A stretch of 64,000 nt of DNA from Chrysomallon squamiferum. Taxonomy: Eukaryota; Animalia; Mollusca. Under the pieces are notes generated by a model. It had not been told where the DNA came from. It did no database searches and saw nothing but the letters and a program-made list of their open reading frames with translations. The position numbers and the translations under genes were made by a program. Shown here in pieces: positions 26,788 to 38,707 of this stretch. Position 1 is the stretch's first letter; each line of letters starts with the position of its first letter. Location of the stretch: positions 42,532,001 through 42,596,000 of the forward strand of contig CM022665.1 of assembly GCA_012295275.1 (NCBI GenBank). Reading direction: 5' to 3'.

Positions 26788-27555
26788 TTCTTCTTATTAT
26801 TATTTTATTATATTGTTATTTTTTATTTATTTGTTTTTGTTTTTATTTTTATTTTTTTATTTTTGTTTTTATTTAGATTGTTTTATTTGCTGCATATTTT
26901 GCTAGAATTTTCATCATAATAAATTAAATCAGCTCGCGGATGTAATATATAGACTGTCGATGGGTTTCCACTTCAAGCTGAGTGCTTGAAATTGGTGTGG
27001 CGTTTTTGAGTCACGGATTTAATAGGTCGGTGAATCCGAGTAGCCTCTTATCAACTGTCAGTTGTTGTATCCTGGGTGTATCCTGTAGTGCCTATTTCCT
27101 AACAACTAAGTTTCTTCTTGTTTATCTTCTTATTCTTCTTCTTACTACTAGTACTAGTACTAGTACTAGTACTGTTACTACTACTACTACTATTACTACC
27201 AACATTATTATGTTGTTGCTGAAAGCATGACTCATTGTTATAAAAGCTCCTATAAATTTAAGCTTTCGAAAATGTAATTTCCTGACGAAGAATAATTTTA
27301 CGAAGGGACAGCTTGAATTATTTTTCACACAAATTTTCATAATCTTCTGTTTAATCCATTGCTCACAAAATGTAATGCTTTGCAGCTGATACTCCGTTAC
27401 GTAACCTCACCGTTTCTTTATTTGGTTCTATGAATATGAAGAAAGGAAATTAAATGCGACAATATTCTGGACAGTGTCAACACCTTAACGACAAGTAACA
27501 GTAAAGATGGTGATTCCATCGGGACTGTCAAGTCGAGAAAAATTATCAAATTAGC

Positions 27556-27556
<1 letters not shown>

Positions 27557-27593
<37 letters not shown>

Positions 27594-28110
27594 TTGGTGT
27601 AATAATTTATTTTGTTAGTTTTATTTAGCAGTTCAGTTAAATAAATAAAAGATGGTGATGATTAACATAGTAGTAGAAGTAGTAGTAGTAGTAGTAGTAG
27701 TTAGAAGTAGTAATAGTAGTAGTTGTTGTAATTTAGAAGTATTATTATTAGTAGAAGTGGTAGTAAAACTAATAGTTAATTTATTTGTTAGTTTTATTTA
27801 ACAGTTTAAATAAATCAACAAATGATGCGTAACATTAGTAGTAATTGTAATTAGAAATAGTAGTTGTAGTAATAGTAGTAGTAGTAATTAGAAGTAATAG
27901 TAGTCGCAGTATTATTATTTAGTAGCAGTAGTAGTGGTAGTAGCGGTAATTAGAAGTATTCATATTATTATTATTATTAATAGTACTAGTACTAATAGTA
28001 TTTAGTAGTAGTAATAGTAGTAGAAGTAGTAGTAGTAGTAGCAGTAGCAGTAGCAGTAGCAGTAGCAGTAGTAGGAGCAGGAGTAGGAGTAGGAGTAGGA
28101 ATACTAGTAG
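27557..28110. repeat. Compound trinucleotide/hexanucleotide low-complexity field: (AAT)n, (TAG)n, (AGTAGC)n, (AGTAGG)n
   Basis: Visible runs; source of the poly-Leu and poly-Thr spurious ORFs. Confidence 0.9.
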
Positions 28111-28233
28111 TAAACAAAAAATTAAAATTAAAAAACAAAACAAAACACAGTATAGGGAAACAACACAATTCGGATACCAAAAAGAGTCATTTTGATCTTT
28201 GCTCCAACGCCCGAATCTAAAGATGCATCTTAC

Positions 28234-28408
28234 TTTTCCCTCTATGTCCCATTACCTATTCTATCCCGAGCTTCGCCTATTTCTGATAAACCACGCATGC
28301 TTTAAATGCAAAATTTGTTTTGTTAATTCAAGCTGAAGGCGCACAGTGGAGCTGGGACATTTGCGTTTCGACGGAGCAAGCTGCCGAGTCGGCGAGGTGC
28401 TATTTATA
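28234..28408 (-). promoter_or_regulatory. Candidate TATA promoter with a short non-coding first exon
   Basis: TATAAATA (minus strand, 28408-28401) in a CpG/GC-rich patch, followed by donors TAG|gtaatg (28256) and AAA|gtaaga (28234). Confidence 0.4.
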
Positions 28409-29497
28409 CGTTGGAGTAAATTCGTGTTTAGTGAACGCACCTGTGCGTCTGGATGTACGACATGGCCGGGCGAGGTATCTAGTCCAGTGTTATAATATCC
28501 AGACAGAAAACAAAGCCCAAATGTCAAGCGTACTCATAGTAATAGGTTATATTTCAGATGCAAAAATATTTTTTTTTCCAGTGGTTAAGGACATTCTTTC
28601 GTCATCATAAAGAATTGTTGATATTCGTTGTTTGATCAAGATTATTTATTTGCTGTATATTTGTTTATGAATACACATTTGTGTGCGTATATGCAGAATC
28701 ATATATATATATATATGCATGAACTTTGTCTATGTACCTGCATTATTATTAGGTAGAATGTGAATCGTATTTCAAGCAAGGACACACACACACACACACA
28801 CATTCCAGTTTCCGAAAACTGTTTTCTTCTCTTTACTCTTTTGTAAATAAAATAAGAAAAAAATAAATAAAAAAATAAAAATAAATAATAGCTATCAAAG
28901 AACAAGCTATCTTCATTTTTGTTATTAACGGTCGATGTACGATAAATTTCTTCAACAGTAAATGCGTTGTGAACGAACGTATCGTCTGCTTTGTGAAACA
29001 ATAACACATTCACTGGATACTGCCCCGGGGATGAATATCACGCCTGTAGATAGACAATGCTAGGAATTCAGTTCCTTTGACTAACCGGTACAAGAGTTAC
29101 TGTAAAGCGTACCGGCGTGCAGCCATGTGTCAGTTCTCAGAAGCGATGTATGCTTACAGGAATGTCTACAAGATAATCTACATGACCGTGGTGCTTACAT
29201 CTGTTAGTCACATTGAGAATCAACGATATCTTAGTGTACGCATGGCATGTGCCTTGATTTCTGGCCTCATTTCTGAACCAATCAAATACTAGTTTTAATA
29301 ACAAAAACAAAAACGATACTTGCACTGCGATCGGTTGTGTCACAAAATTGTTCATTGTTCAATGTTTTGAAATGAAATTTTATATTAATAATACCAGTAG
29401 CAGTCGTTTTGTAGTAATAGTAGCAGTATAGTATCATTATTTTATTATTATTTATTTGTTGTTTTTGGGGTTTTTTTTTTTTGCTATCACTGTTTTA

Positions 29498-29503
29498 CTC
29501 TCT

Positions 29504-29562
<59 letters not shown>
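29498..29562. repeat. (CT)n microsatellite
   Basis: Near-pure CT run. Confidence 0.95.
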
Positions 29563-29565
<3 letters not shown>

Positions 29566-32299
29566 ACGATTACCATATTGCATACACGCGCAAACACACA
29601 TGTACACACATTCGCCCAGACTAATGACCTACAGTAAGGTTACAAAAACGTCAGACTCACCTTTAATTAGAAACAAAAATAATCACATTTTTTTCAAGAG
29701 GTTATTCCACTGAAGAGAATGATTTTGGCGATGATAATAATTAAGTATATGACCGAAAATAGTAAATTGTTGAGGATGCAAATCAACTATTTGTCGTTAC
29801 TGAAAGAATTAAACAAATTAAGCTTTTGGCAGGCAGCGAGTGATGTGTTATTTTACAAATATAGGGTATCTCTCTGGTAAGATCTGAAATAGAATCTTCG
29901 TGACTTTGAACAAGTTTCTGGCAAGCTGATTAGAGTTTTGGCTTCCTGATGAAGAAAACACCCAAGCAAAAACCACTTAAAAGTTAGACCAAGTGCACAT
30001 GCCGGTGTTTATTCGTAGATCAAAGCTACATTGATCAAACAGATCAGATATAATATAATGGGAAAGCAGCAATAAATAAATAAATAAATAATAGTAATAA
30101 TGATATTGATTACAATGAAAAACGACGGCCATGTCGATGATGACATATAAAGAATTTCTTTTTAAAACTATTTAGTTCTCTGAACGAAATCTGTACTAAC
30201 CAAACTGAATTTACGAGGACTGGGTTCTGGATTGACTGTTTTTTCTGTAAAACCTAAAACATTAATATCGAAACGGAAACACTGCTACTTTTTTTAACAG
30301 CAATAATTTCTGTGGGGTCATTTTGTTTAATTTGTTTTTATTTATCATAATATGTAAACCTACTGTTTAGGACCTATTGGAATAACAATTTTATTAATAT
30401 CTTCTTGCCCCTCTGATATTTATTTATTTACTTATTATTATGAAAACAAATAAACAAAAATAAAACGCTTTAAGAATTCATGAAATGTTTTTCTTTTGTT
30501 GGCATCGTGTCAGTTAGCTGTAAAGAATACAGAATCGTGAGATACGATAAACCACTTCTTCTTTCGTCTTGAATAGCAAAGCGAACATAGGAACTGAATT
30601 ATTTTCCAGCAGAAATGAACAAGCTGGACACACTGACGCCATGACACGATTCGCCTCCTAGTCATTGGTTACGCAGTTTCTCGGAGGTATCGACTGATAA
30701 CCAGTCCACTTAAACACACTGAAACCCTTGTGTAGTACCTGGGAGTTAGCCAAGATGCTCGCTTCAGAAGCAGACGATAATTCTGAAGCTCCTCAAAGGC
30801 GATTTTGTATCCAGTGAATAAAAATACGCACCACGTAACACACTTAAAATGATGGAATGGTTAATCTTGTCTGCAGCATTGTGAAGGTTGATACGCCAAC
30901 ATTATTCTTATCAGTTGATGTAAGGAAATGTAAAGGAAATATTGTTTACACTTAGTGTTTTATCAAACTTAAGAAACAAAAGGTCATTAGTTTCTTTTAT
31001 TTTTTTTTCTTCCTTTTTTCTTTCCCCAAACGAAACAAATGTCATGTGGAAAATGGATTGGGTTTAGAAATATTTACAGTGATGGTCATAGAAAAGTTGT
31101 TACTAAAGCCTGATTCATTGAAATAAACTGAAATTCATTTAGGTAAGCACCAAGTCAACATATTAATGCTTTTAAGATGTAGAATATATTTTATTGCCTG
31201 ATGAACATTTAGATAAATATACTATTCACATGACATGGACAGTCTGCACACAGAGTAACAGCACAGGCTGGATTGGGAAATATACAGCTTAATGCACAAT
31301 AAGTAAATATAGGAATAATCAAGTCCAGTGTTACCATTCAGTCTATTACCAGAGCTACTGCATTTAAGTTACCAAGTTACCAGTAACAAGTAAATGGATA
31401 TGATTGAGTTCATGTGCATTCACCTTATTTGAAATGTTTCATTAGATCAAAGTGGAAATATGGGTTACTGGGCTAGTTCATTTAAAACTTGTAGAGGCTT
31501 ATAAGAGAACATTAGTTTTTAGATGTGAAATTAAATTGACTCTGAAGCTTGAAATGTCCTTTTGTTTCAATTACAGAATGTTTAAATTTTATTTTTGTGT
31601 TTTTTTGTTTTGCTTTTTGGCATTTTTGGTTTGTGTGTGTGTATTTGTATACATATGCATATATGTGTGCATATGAATGTGATTATACATGTATACTTTT
31701 ACTTTATACATGACTATACATGTTTATTTTTACAAGTTTGTGTACGAGTTTGTATATGCATGTGTGCATACATATTTATAAGAAGATATATGTGGCCTTT
31801 TCTTTCTTAATTCATCCATTTTTATATTATTATTATGATATGAAAGTATGGACTCTATCATGATCTGCCCATCACAACTATAAGAAATAAAAAACATGTT
31901 AGTAGAAAATGTCTTTTATTAAGTTACTAACAATATCTATATTTTCACAACTGTTAAATAATTACCTGTTGGGTACACACGTGAATACTGACATATAAAC
32001 ATGAGTGAAAATATTTAAAAGTTCGGTCAGCCAACCAAAGACATGATTAGGAATACATTTAACTGATAAACAGGAGGACAGTGTTTGTATCGGGCATTTC
32101 TGTTCTCAATTTATATTATTTTGCTCATCAGTTTTCTTCAAGTGTGATCTCTATCAGTAATATTAAAACAACAAATAATAATAATAAAAAAAATAATAAT
32201 AATAATAATAATAATAACAATAATAATAGTAATAAATCCTTAGATTAGTACTTGTACAGACAACAAAAACCCCAATGAAAAACAAGTTTTTCATACCAG

Positions 32300-32305
32300 T
32301 TTATT
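32300..32305 (-). terminator. Candidate polyadenylation signal for VPS39 (3'UTR about 1.8 kb)
   Basis: AATAAA on the minus strand followed downstream by a T/GT-rich tract (ttgttttcattgggtttttgttgtc); other AATAAA hexamers exist, so the choice is uncertain. Confidence 0.3.
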
Positions 32306-32687
32306 GAGATAAATAAATTATGAAAAAGGCATCTTATAAAATATCTGTAGATGAAAAATACACACCATTTTTATTTACAGCTCAGTTTACAATACCCTTT
32401 AGCATACCCTTGTCATTTAACAAATATAAAAATGTTTCTGCATCTAATAAGAAGTTATTTATTTATTTATTTATTTATAAAATACACCATTTATGTAATG
32501 GATTAAGTATAATTTTTAGTAGAAGACATCATTCTTTGACGAAGAGGTAACTTATGGAATAATGACATATAAAATATTACTTTAACAAAAAATGATGGAA
32601 TGACATATATATATAACAATGTTATATCATACTTAAGCTTAAACAAAGTAACTAGTACCAAAAAATTACTAGAAAACTTCTTTCAGT

Positions 32688-32812
32688 AACACTTTTAGAC
32701 TTTGGGTTTTTAATTAGCAATCTTTGTGAAGGTTAAACTTAAATTATAAACATTAACACTTTTAGACTGACATATTAGCAATCTTTGTGAAAGGTATACT
32801 TAAATTATAAAC
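32688..32812. repeat. Two-copy tandem duplication, about 65 bp
   Basis: aacacttttagact...attagcaatctttgtgaa...acttaaattataaaca occurs twice. Confidence 0.8.
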
Positions 32813-33161
32813 AATCTGAAAATCAATATATTTAACATACTTGTCATTATTAATCTTAAATAATTCTTATTTTAATGCATGTGTAAAATAAAATTAATTT
32901 ATATTGTTTATTTTCACTTTGATTTCAACTATTCTGTGTATGAGAGTTGTAAACATTTCTAATCTTACAAAGCACTCTAATGATCTAATATTAAATGTTA
33001 TAAAACTGGATGGAGTGCTTATATATATATTGATCTTTTTCATTTCTTGATGTTGAATATTTCATTAGAGCAAAGGGAATTGTGTTTTAGATTAATTAGA
33101 AGATGTGGGTTAGTGGACATGTGTGTTTATTTTATAGATGCATGGGAATATTTACACACCT

Positions 33162-33192
<31 letters not shown>

Positions 33193-34073
33193 ACAATTTA
33201 ACATTAAATATAAATATACATTTATTCATTTAAAAAAAATAACAATAATAATTCTTGTTCACTAACATTATATTGTCAGAGAAAAATGTAGTCAACACAC
33301 ACACACACATCTGAAAAATCAATTGTTCTTCCAGATTTCAGTATATGAGTCAAGTCTGTTCATTCTGTCATCTCTTCTGATGACATCACACACAGCCACC
33401 ACAAACTTGCTTCTTTATCAATATAATGAACCAGCAAAATCAAAGATCGATACTTAAAACAGGCCCACAAATACAAGTCTGAAACTTCAGTACTTCAGAG
33501 TTTTAAAGTGAAAGCTTGATGTAGAAATCCGGATTGAATTCCAGCTATTCTGAAATTTTTAACAGGACTTTAAATACAATTATGACTCAAACAGGGGTAA
33601 TTCTGCATTTTAGAAAGAAGGATGAAAAACGAAGTCAAGCTCTAACTTCAGTAATACCACATCTTTGAACAAAGATTTTCTACACAAATCTGGTCTGATT
33701 TGAGTATGTTGTTCTCCACATTAAAATAAGGACCTCTTGTATCCCATGTTTTAGTTCTCCTGTATTTTAGAATGAAAATATCTGTCTGGTTCAGATTTTA
33801 AGGATTCCCATGTTTCAGAATGAAAATTTGAACTTAATTCAAGCTGAAATTTGACTAGTTAGGAATTCTAGAAAGAAAAGCTTCAAATTTTGATGTCTAC
33901 ATTGTGACTGAATTATGAGAGTTTCATAAGTTAGAATGAGGTCTGAAGCAACAATCTTTTCATTTTAATGCATTCATTGTCTTATGAACCCAGATTTCCA
34001 AACTTTATCCTAAGTTTGGGCAGCTTTATATTTATTTTTATTTTTTTTATACTCCTTGGATCAGACTCCAGCT

Positions 34074-34155
34074 TTATGTACTGACTGGACAAACGTTTGG
34101 ATCTTTGCAGCAATAGTAATGGACAATAATCCCATTTGGATATCTTGCAAATGCA
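34074..34155 (-). CDS. VPS39: VPS39 last coding exon (exon 25)
   Basis: ttcag|(S)[29 protein letters not shown]. Confidence 0.94.
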
Positions 34156-37100
34156 CTGAAAAATAAAAACATAAATTATTTAATTTCACTTTAATGATTT
34201 TTATTTTATTATTGGCTTAAAATGGTGGGGTTTTTCATATAGCAATATACTGTTCTAAAATTCATGGTAGTTTTAAGTCAATTTAACAAAAAGAAGGTAA
34301 ATAAATAAAATGAAGAAATAAAATTTAAGTTTGAAATTATTAAAAACCAAGATTTTTTTGTAACTTTTTGTAGTTCATTCCAACTTTAACTAAAACAGGA
34401 TTCACAGCTTCCTTGCAAACAAATGTAACTAAATATTAGCAGTGTATGTAAGGAAAACAGAACCTGGGCCCTGTCCAAACATCTGACACCATCTTTCAGA
34501 AAACTACCATACAGCAAGCTAAAAGATATCAGTCTAGTGGCTCCCAGGGCTCTGCCATACTTGCCATAACTTAGTTACACCACTGCAGGATGTGCAGTGA
34601 TTTCTCTACTACAACAAAGCTGATTTTGTTTTACCTGTCTCCTATCCTCTTCTTGCACACTCTGCAAACTTTCTCCTCGTTAATTAGCACCTTGACTTTC
34701 TGATAATGCATCCTCTGTTCCTGTATCTAGTAAAAAAAATTCAAGAATTCTATTATTATACTATAATGAAATATTTAATTCAATTTTAATTATTATTATT
34801 ATTTTAAACAATAATAACTAAAATTTAACACATTATACACTGTTGAAAGAAATCGAAGATTATCACCATATCAGTTTATGTGTACACATTTGCAAAACTA
34901 AGAGAGGTATCCATCAATCTATCAGTGACTTATCAACCATCCTATTAGTCCTCTGCATACACCAAACAACAGAACATATTCCAAATATACACCCAATCTG
35001 TCATTACCTAAGACAACCTAAATGGTCCACAGTAACAAACTTGTACAAAATTCTAAGATGATAGACTACAGGAAAAGACAGTCCAGTTTATTCTAAAGAC
35101 CAACAAGTAGCCCCAGCTTGTAAAATAAGGAAAAATAAGCTGTAATAAACAATGATTATGAACAATGCAGTTATTTTTATTCATAAGTCTCTTAGAGACT
35201 GTGCCTTTTGTATGTATTGATCACTACAGACAGGCTTTCAAAATAATTTTTCTTTGGCACAAAGGATTATGTGTTTTTTTACTTTTGATATATCCACAGT
35301 TATAAAAACAGTGCTTTGTTAATATGAATCTTTCTGATATATTCTAATGTTCTTTTATACTTATATAATATTTTATCTGTTTTACTGAACAGCATAATAA
35401 TGTAATTACTTTTATATATAGAATCTATTCTGACAAAACAAACACACTTGCAAACAGAGAATATAAATACACATACACTCATATGTGCACACTCATAAAC
35501 ACGTGCATACACTAACATATTTTATGCTAGCATCATAAAAATGTTTAACCAATAGATGTGGATATTAATTCCTAACTATGAGAAGGTACATATATATATA
35601 TATATAAAATATTGTTTTGTTAAACATAATTGTGGATGAAGTATGTTCATTCTGTTACTAAAAAACATAACAATAAAATAACCATTAACAGTTTAGTGAT
35701 AGCTGACAGTGTTATGCACAAACATACACATGTATATGTAAAAATGTCATCAGTAATACAATAGGAATGCATATAAATGTCAAAGATTAAATACCACAAC
35801 ATGGTGATAATTACTAATCCATCTCTGCTTGCATGTTCTGACCTCAGCATTTTTTTTGTCACATTACTCAGCAAGTCAGAAACAGCTTTGAGTTGTTACT
35901 AAAAACAATTGTTATTTTTGACATTTTTGAAAAGAATGAAACAATTTGCACAGGCAAAAAAAAAAACCCCAAGAAAACCCCCCCAAAAAACCAAGAGATT
36001 TATAACCATTTGAAAAAAAAAAAAAAACCAGTATTTTTAAATTTATTTTCTGATATTCATTATGTCAAGTCAAGCTCAAAAATTTATCAAAGAACATTTT
36101 ATTAAAATAATGAAAAAAAAAAAAAAAAAGGATTCAGAAATGATTAGTAACTATTACTCCTTTGAAGTGGTATTTAATACTATTTGTAGAGCGTATTATT
36201 TTCAATTTAATTTACTTAATCATGGGTTTTGGACTACTAAACCAATTTATTCTCAGCTTATATTTTCTCCTGCAAACAGACAATCAGGATTTTATTAGCT
36301 GTCTCGCTGCCCTGCTGGTTTAATTTAATTAATACACAAATCTCATTCTGCTGTACAATGAAAACAGCAGGTCCTCAGAACAAGATATTATCATCAATTG
36401 TACAGCTGTGGTCTGGCAATGGTCCTGGATAAAACTCGCAGGCAAAGAGGTATGTCCATAACAATCATGCTTAAACTGTTTGTCTGACAGAACTGTGTTA
36501 TGGGTAAAATTCACAGGCAAAAAGTCTGCCGATGACAGGCATGCTTAAACTTTGTTTCATGAATTTGTGTTATAGGTAAAACTCACGGGGGAAAGCATGC
36601 CTAAATAGTTTGATTGAATTATGTTATGGGTAAAATTGACAGACAAAGAGGCATGTCCACAACAGGCATGCTTAAACTTTTTGATGGAACTATGTTGTAG
36701 GTAAAACTGACAGGCAAATAGGTCTACCCATGACAGGTATGCTTAAACACTTGTCTGCAGAAAGGAAAATAAAAATACCCACTCCCAGATAATCTGCTAA
36801 TTTGCTAATAATACTGTTGATGAAAGCTTTGTCTGCATTCACATCCCTCTGTGTTATTTCCCATTCCAGTCACTTGGTTATGATATGTAGTATCCTGTTT
36901 GTTGCAAAGTGGCATGTAAACTATCTTTTACCTCAGTGGAAAAATATATAGAATTTGTTGGTTTTTTTTTTTTTTCTTAATATGTTAAAAAATTAATTAA
37001 CATGTTCTGTGTTGATGAAAAACTTTTTGACATTTGTCTTTACATCAAAATATAAAAATTATCAATTGTCAAACAACAGCTTTTTTTCATCTTCATTTCA

Positions 37101-38675
37101 AAATATAATGAAAACAATATTAAGTAAAGAATGTCAAAAAAAAAAAAAAAAATAATAATAATAAAAGAGAAATTTGTTTGGAAGTACATATCATGATCTA
37201 TTTAATTCTAAATAATCAAGATTGTTATTTGAAATGGACTAAAAATATGAAAGCTTCAAAATGGTATCTGGCTTTGTCTTTATTTAAAGTATTTTAGAAA
37301 ATTTATCAACAACAGAACATTAAAAAAAAAAAATAATAATAAAAAAACAAAACAAAAAATAAATAAGTAAAAATGTAAAAATCTTAATAAATAAATAAAT
37401 AAATAAATAAATGATTAATAAGTTTTAACAGTACAATATAAATATACTTTATTTAATTCCTGTCTTCAGAAAGTTACTTAAACAATCTTGACAGGTGCAA
37501 TTGTTTGGCAGCCATTTCACATACTTTAGTTTAAAATACTCTGAAACCAATCAGGAAAAATAAATCACTCTTAAAACAAAAAAAATAAAAAATAAAAAAA
37601 AGACAAAAAAAAAAAAGAAGAAAAGAAGGCAGGAAAAAATTATGTTTGAAATACATGTACTCTGAACTGCATGATTTGAGATATTTAAAACTCACAGGCA
37701 GGTACAGGCTTGAACAATTTGACTGAACTATGTTACGGGTTAAAGTTCACAGATTTATAAGGTCTGTCCATGGACTGCATGCTTAAACATACTTAAACAG
37801 TTTGTCTGATGGAAGTGTGTTAAAAACCACATACTTATGGTAGTTTGCTTGAACGATGGCAAAGTGACATGTAAAATATAGATTTTTGGGTGGTTGGTTT
37901 TTTTTGAAGGCTATAATTAAGTTATCTGACATAAAACAGCTGATGATAGAAAAATTAATCAATGTGTTATGTGGAAATTTGTTTTTATTCTGAATATACA
38001 AAAACAACAAGAAATAATCATTTGTCTAGTGTTTTTTTCTTCATATTATGATCTGTTTGATTTTAAATGACTAACATCTTTACTTTCCAAACATCTAAAA
38101 AGATGAAATCTTCAGCTGTTTGGCTGTGGACTGCCTTCATCTTTATTTTAAATATTTTAGAACATTTATCAACTACTGAACATTTAATAAATAATAAAAA
38201 AAAATAATAAAAACAAAAATAAATAAATAAAATAGATCAATAAATAAATAAATAAAATAAAAATAAAATAAAACCAAATAAATAAATAAATAAAAAGAAA
38301 AGAAAAAAACAAGATTAATAAACTTTAACTGTACAATATACATAAACTTTATTTAATTTCTGACAGTTATATGCCTTCACTACAGAAAGACACTAAAACA
38401 TATCTTGACAGGTGGAATTCTTTGGCAGTTACTTGACTTTCTTTATCTGTAGTCTGTAATAATCTCAACCCAACACGGAAAATAAATCACTCAAAATAAA
38501 AAATAAAAATTAAACAAATTAAGAAAAATGTAGACAGGACAAACAGTTATTTAAAATTATGTGTTCTTTGAATTGTTTGTTTTAAACTAGTCTAAGAAGA
38601 AATGGCTAAACAGGTGCAGGAAATGTTCTATTTTTGAATTGTGCTTTTTTATTTTTATCATTTATTTATTTATTA

Positions 38676-38707
<32 letters not shown>

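Noticed and set aside
26960-27050. Two short hairpins (ttcaagc/gcttgaa; cggatt/aatccg) suggesting an H/ACA snoRNA
   Set aside because: Stems are only 6-7 bp and there is no proper ANANNA hinge box.
29038-29040. In-frame TGA followed by an open frame, considered as selenocysteine or readthrough
   Set aside because: No selenoprotein similarity and no SECIS-like structure recognised.
30761-30789. 9-bp inverted repeat gcttcagaa...ttctgaagc
   Set aside because: Isolated stem, spacing wrong for a heat-shock element, and such stems can arise by chance in 64 kb.
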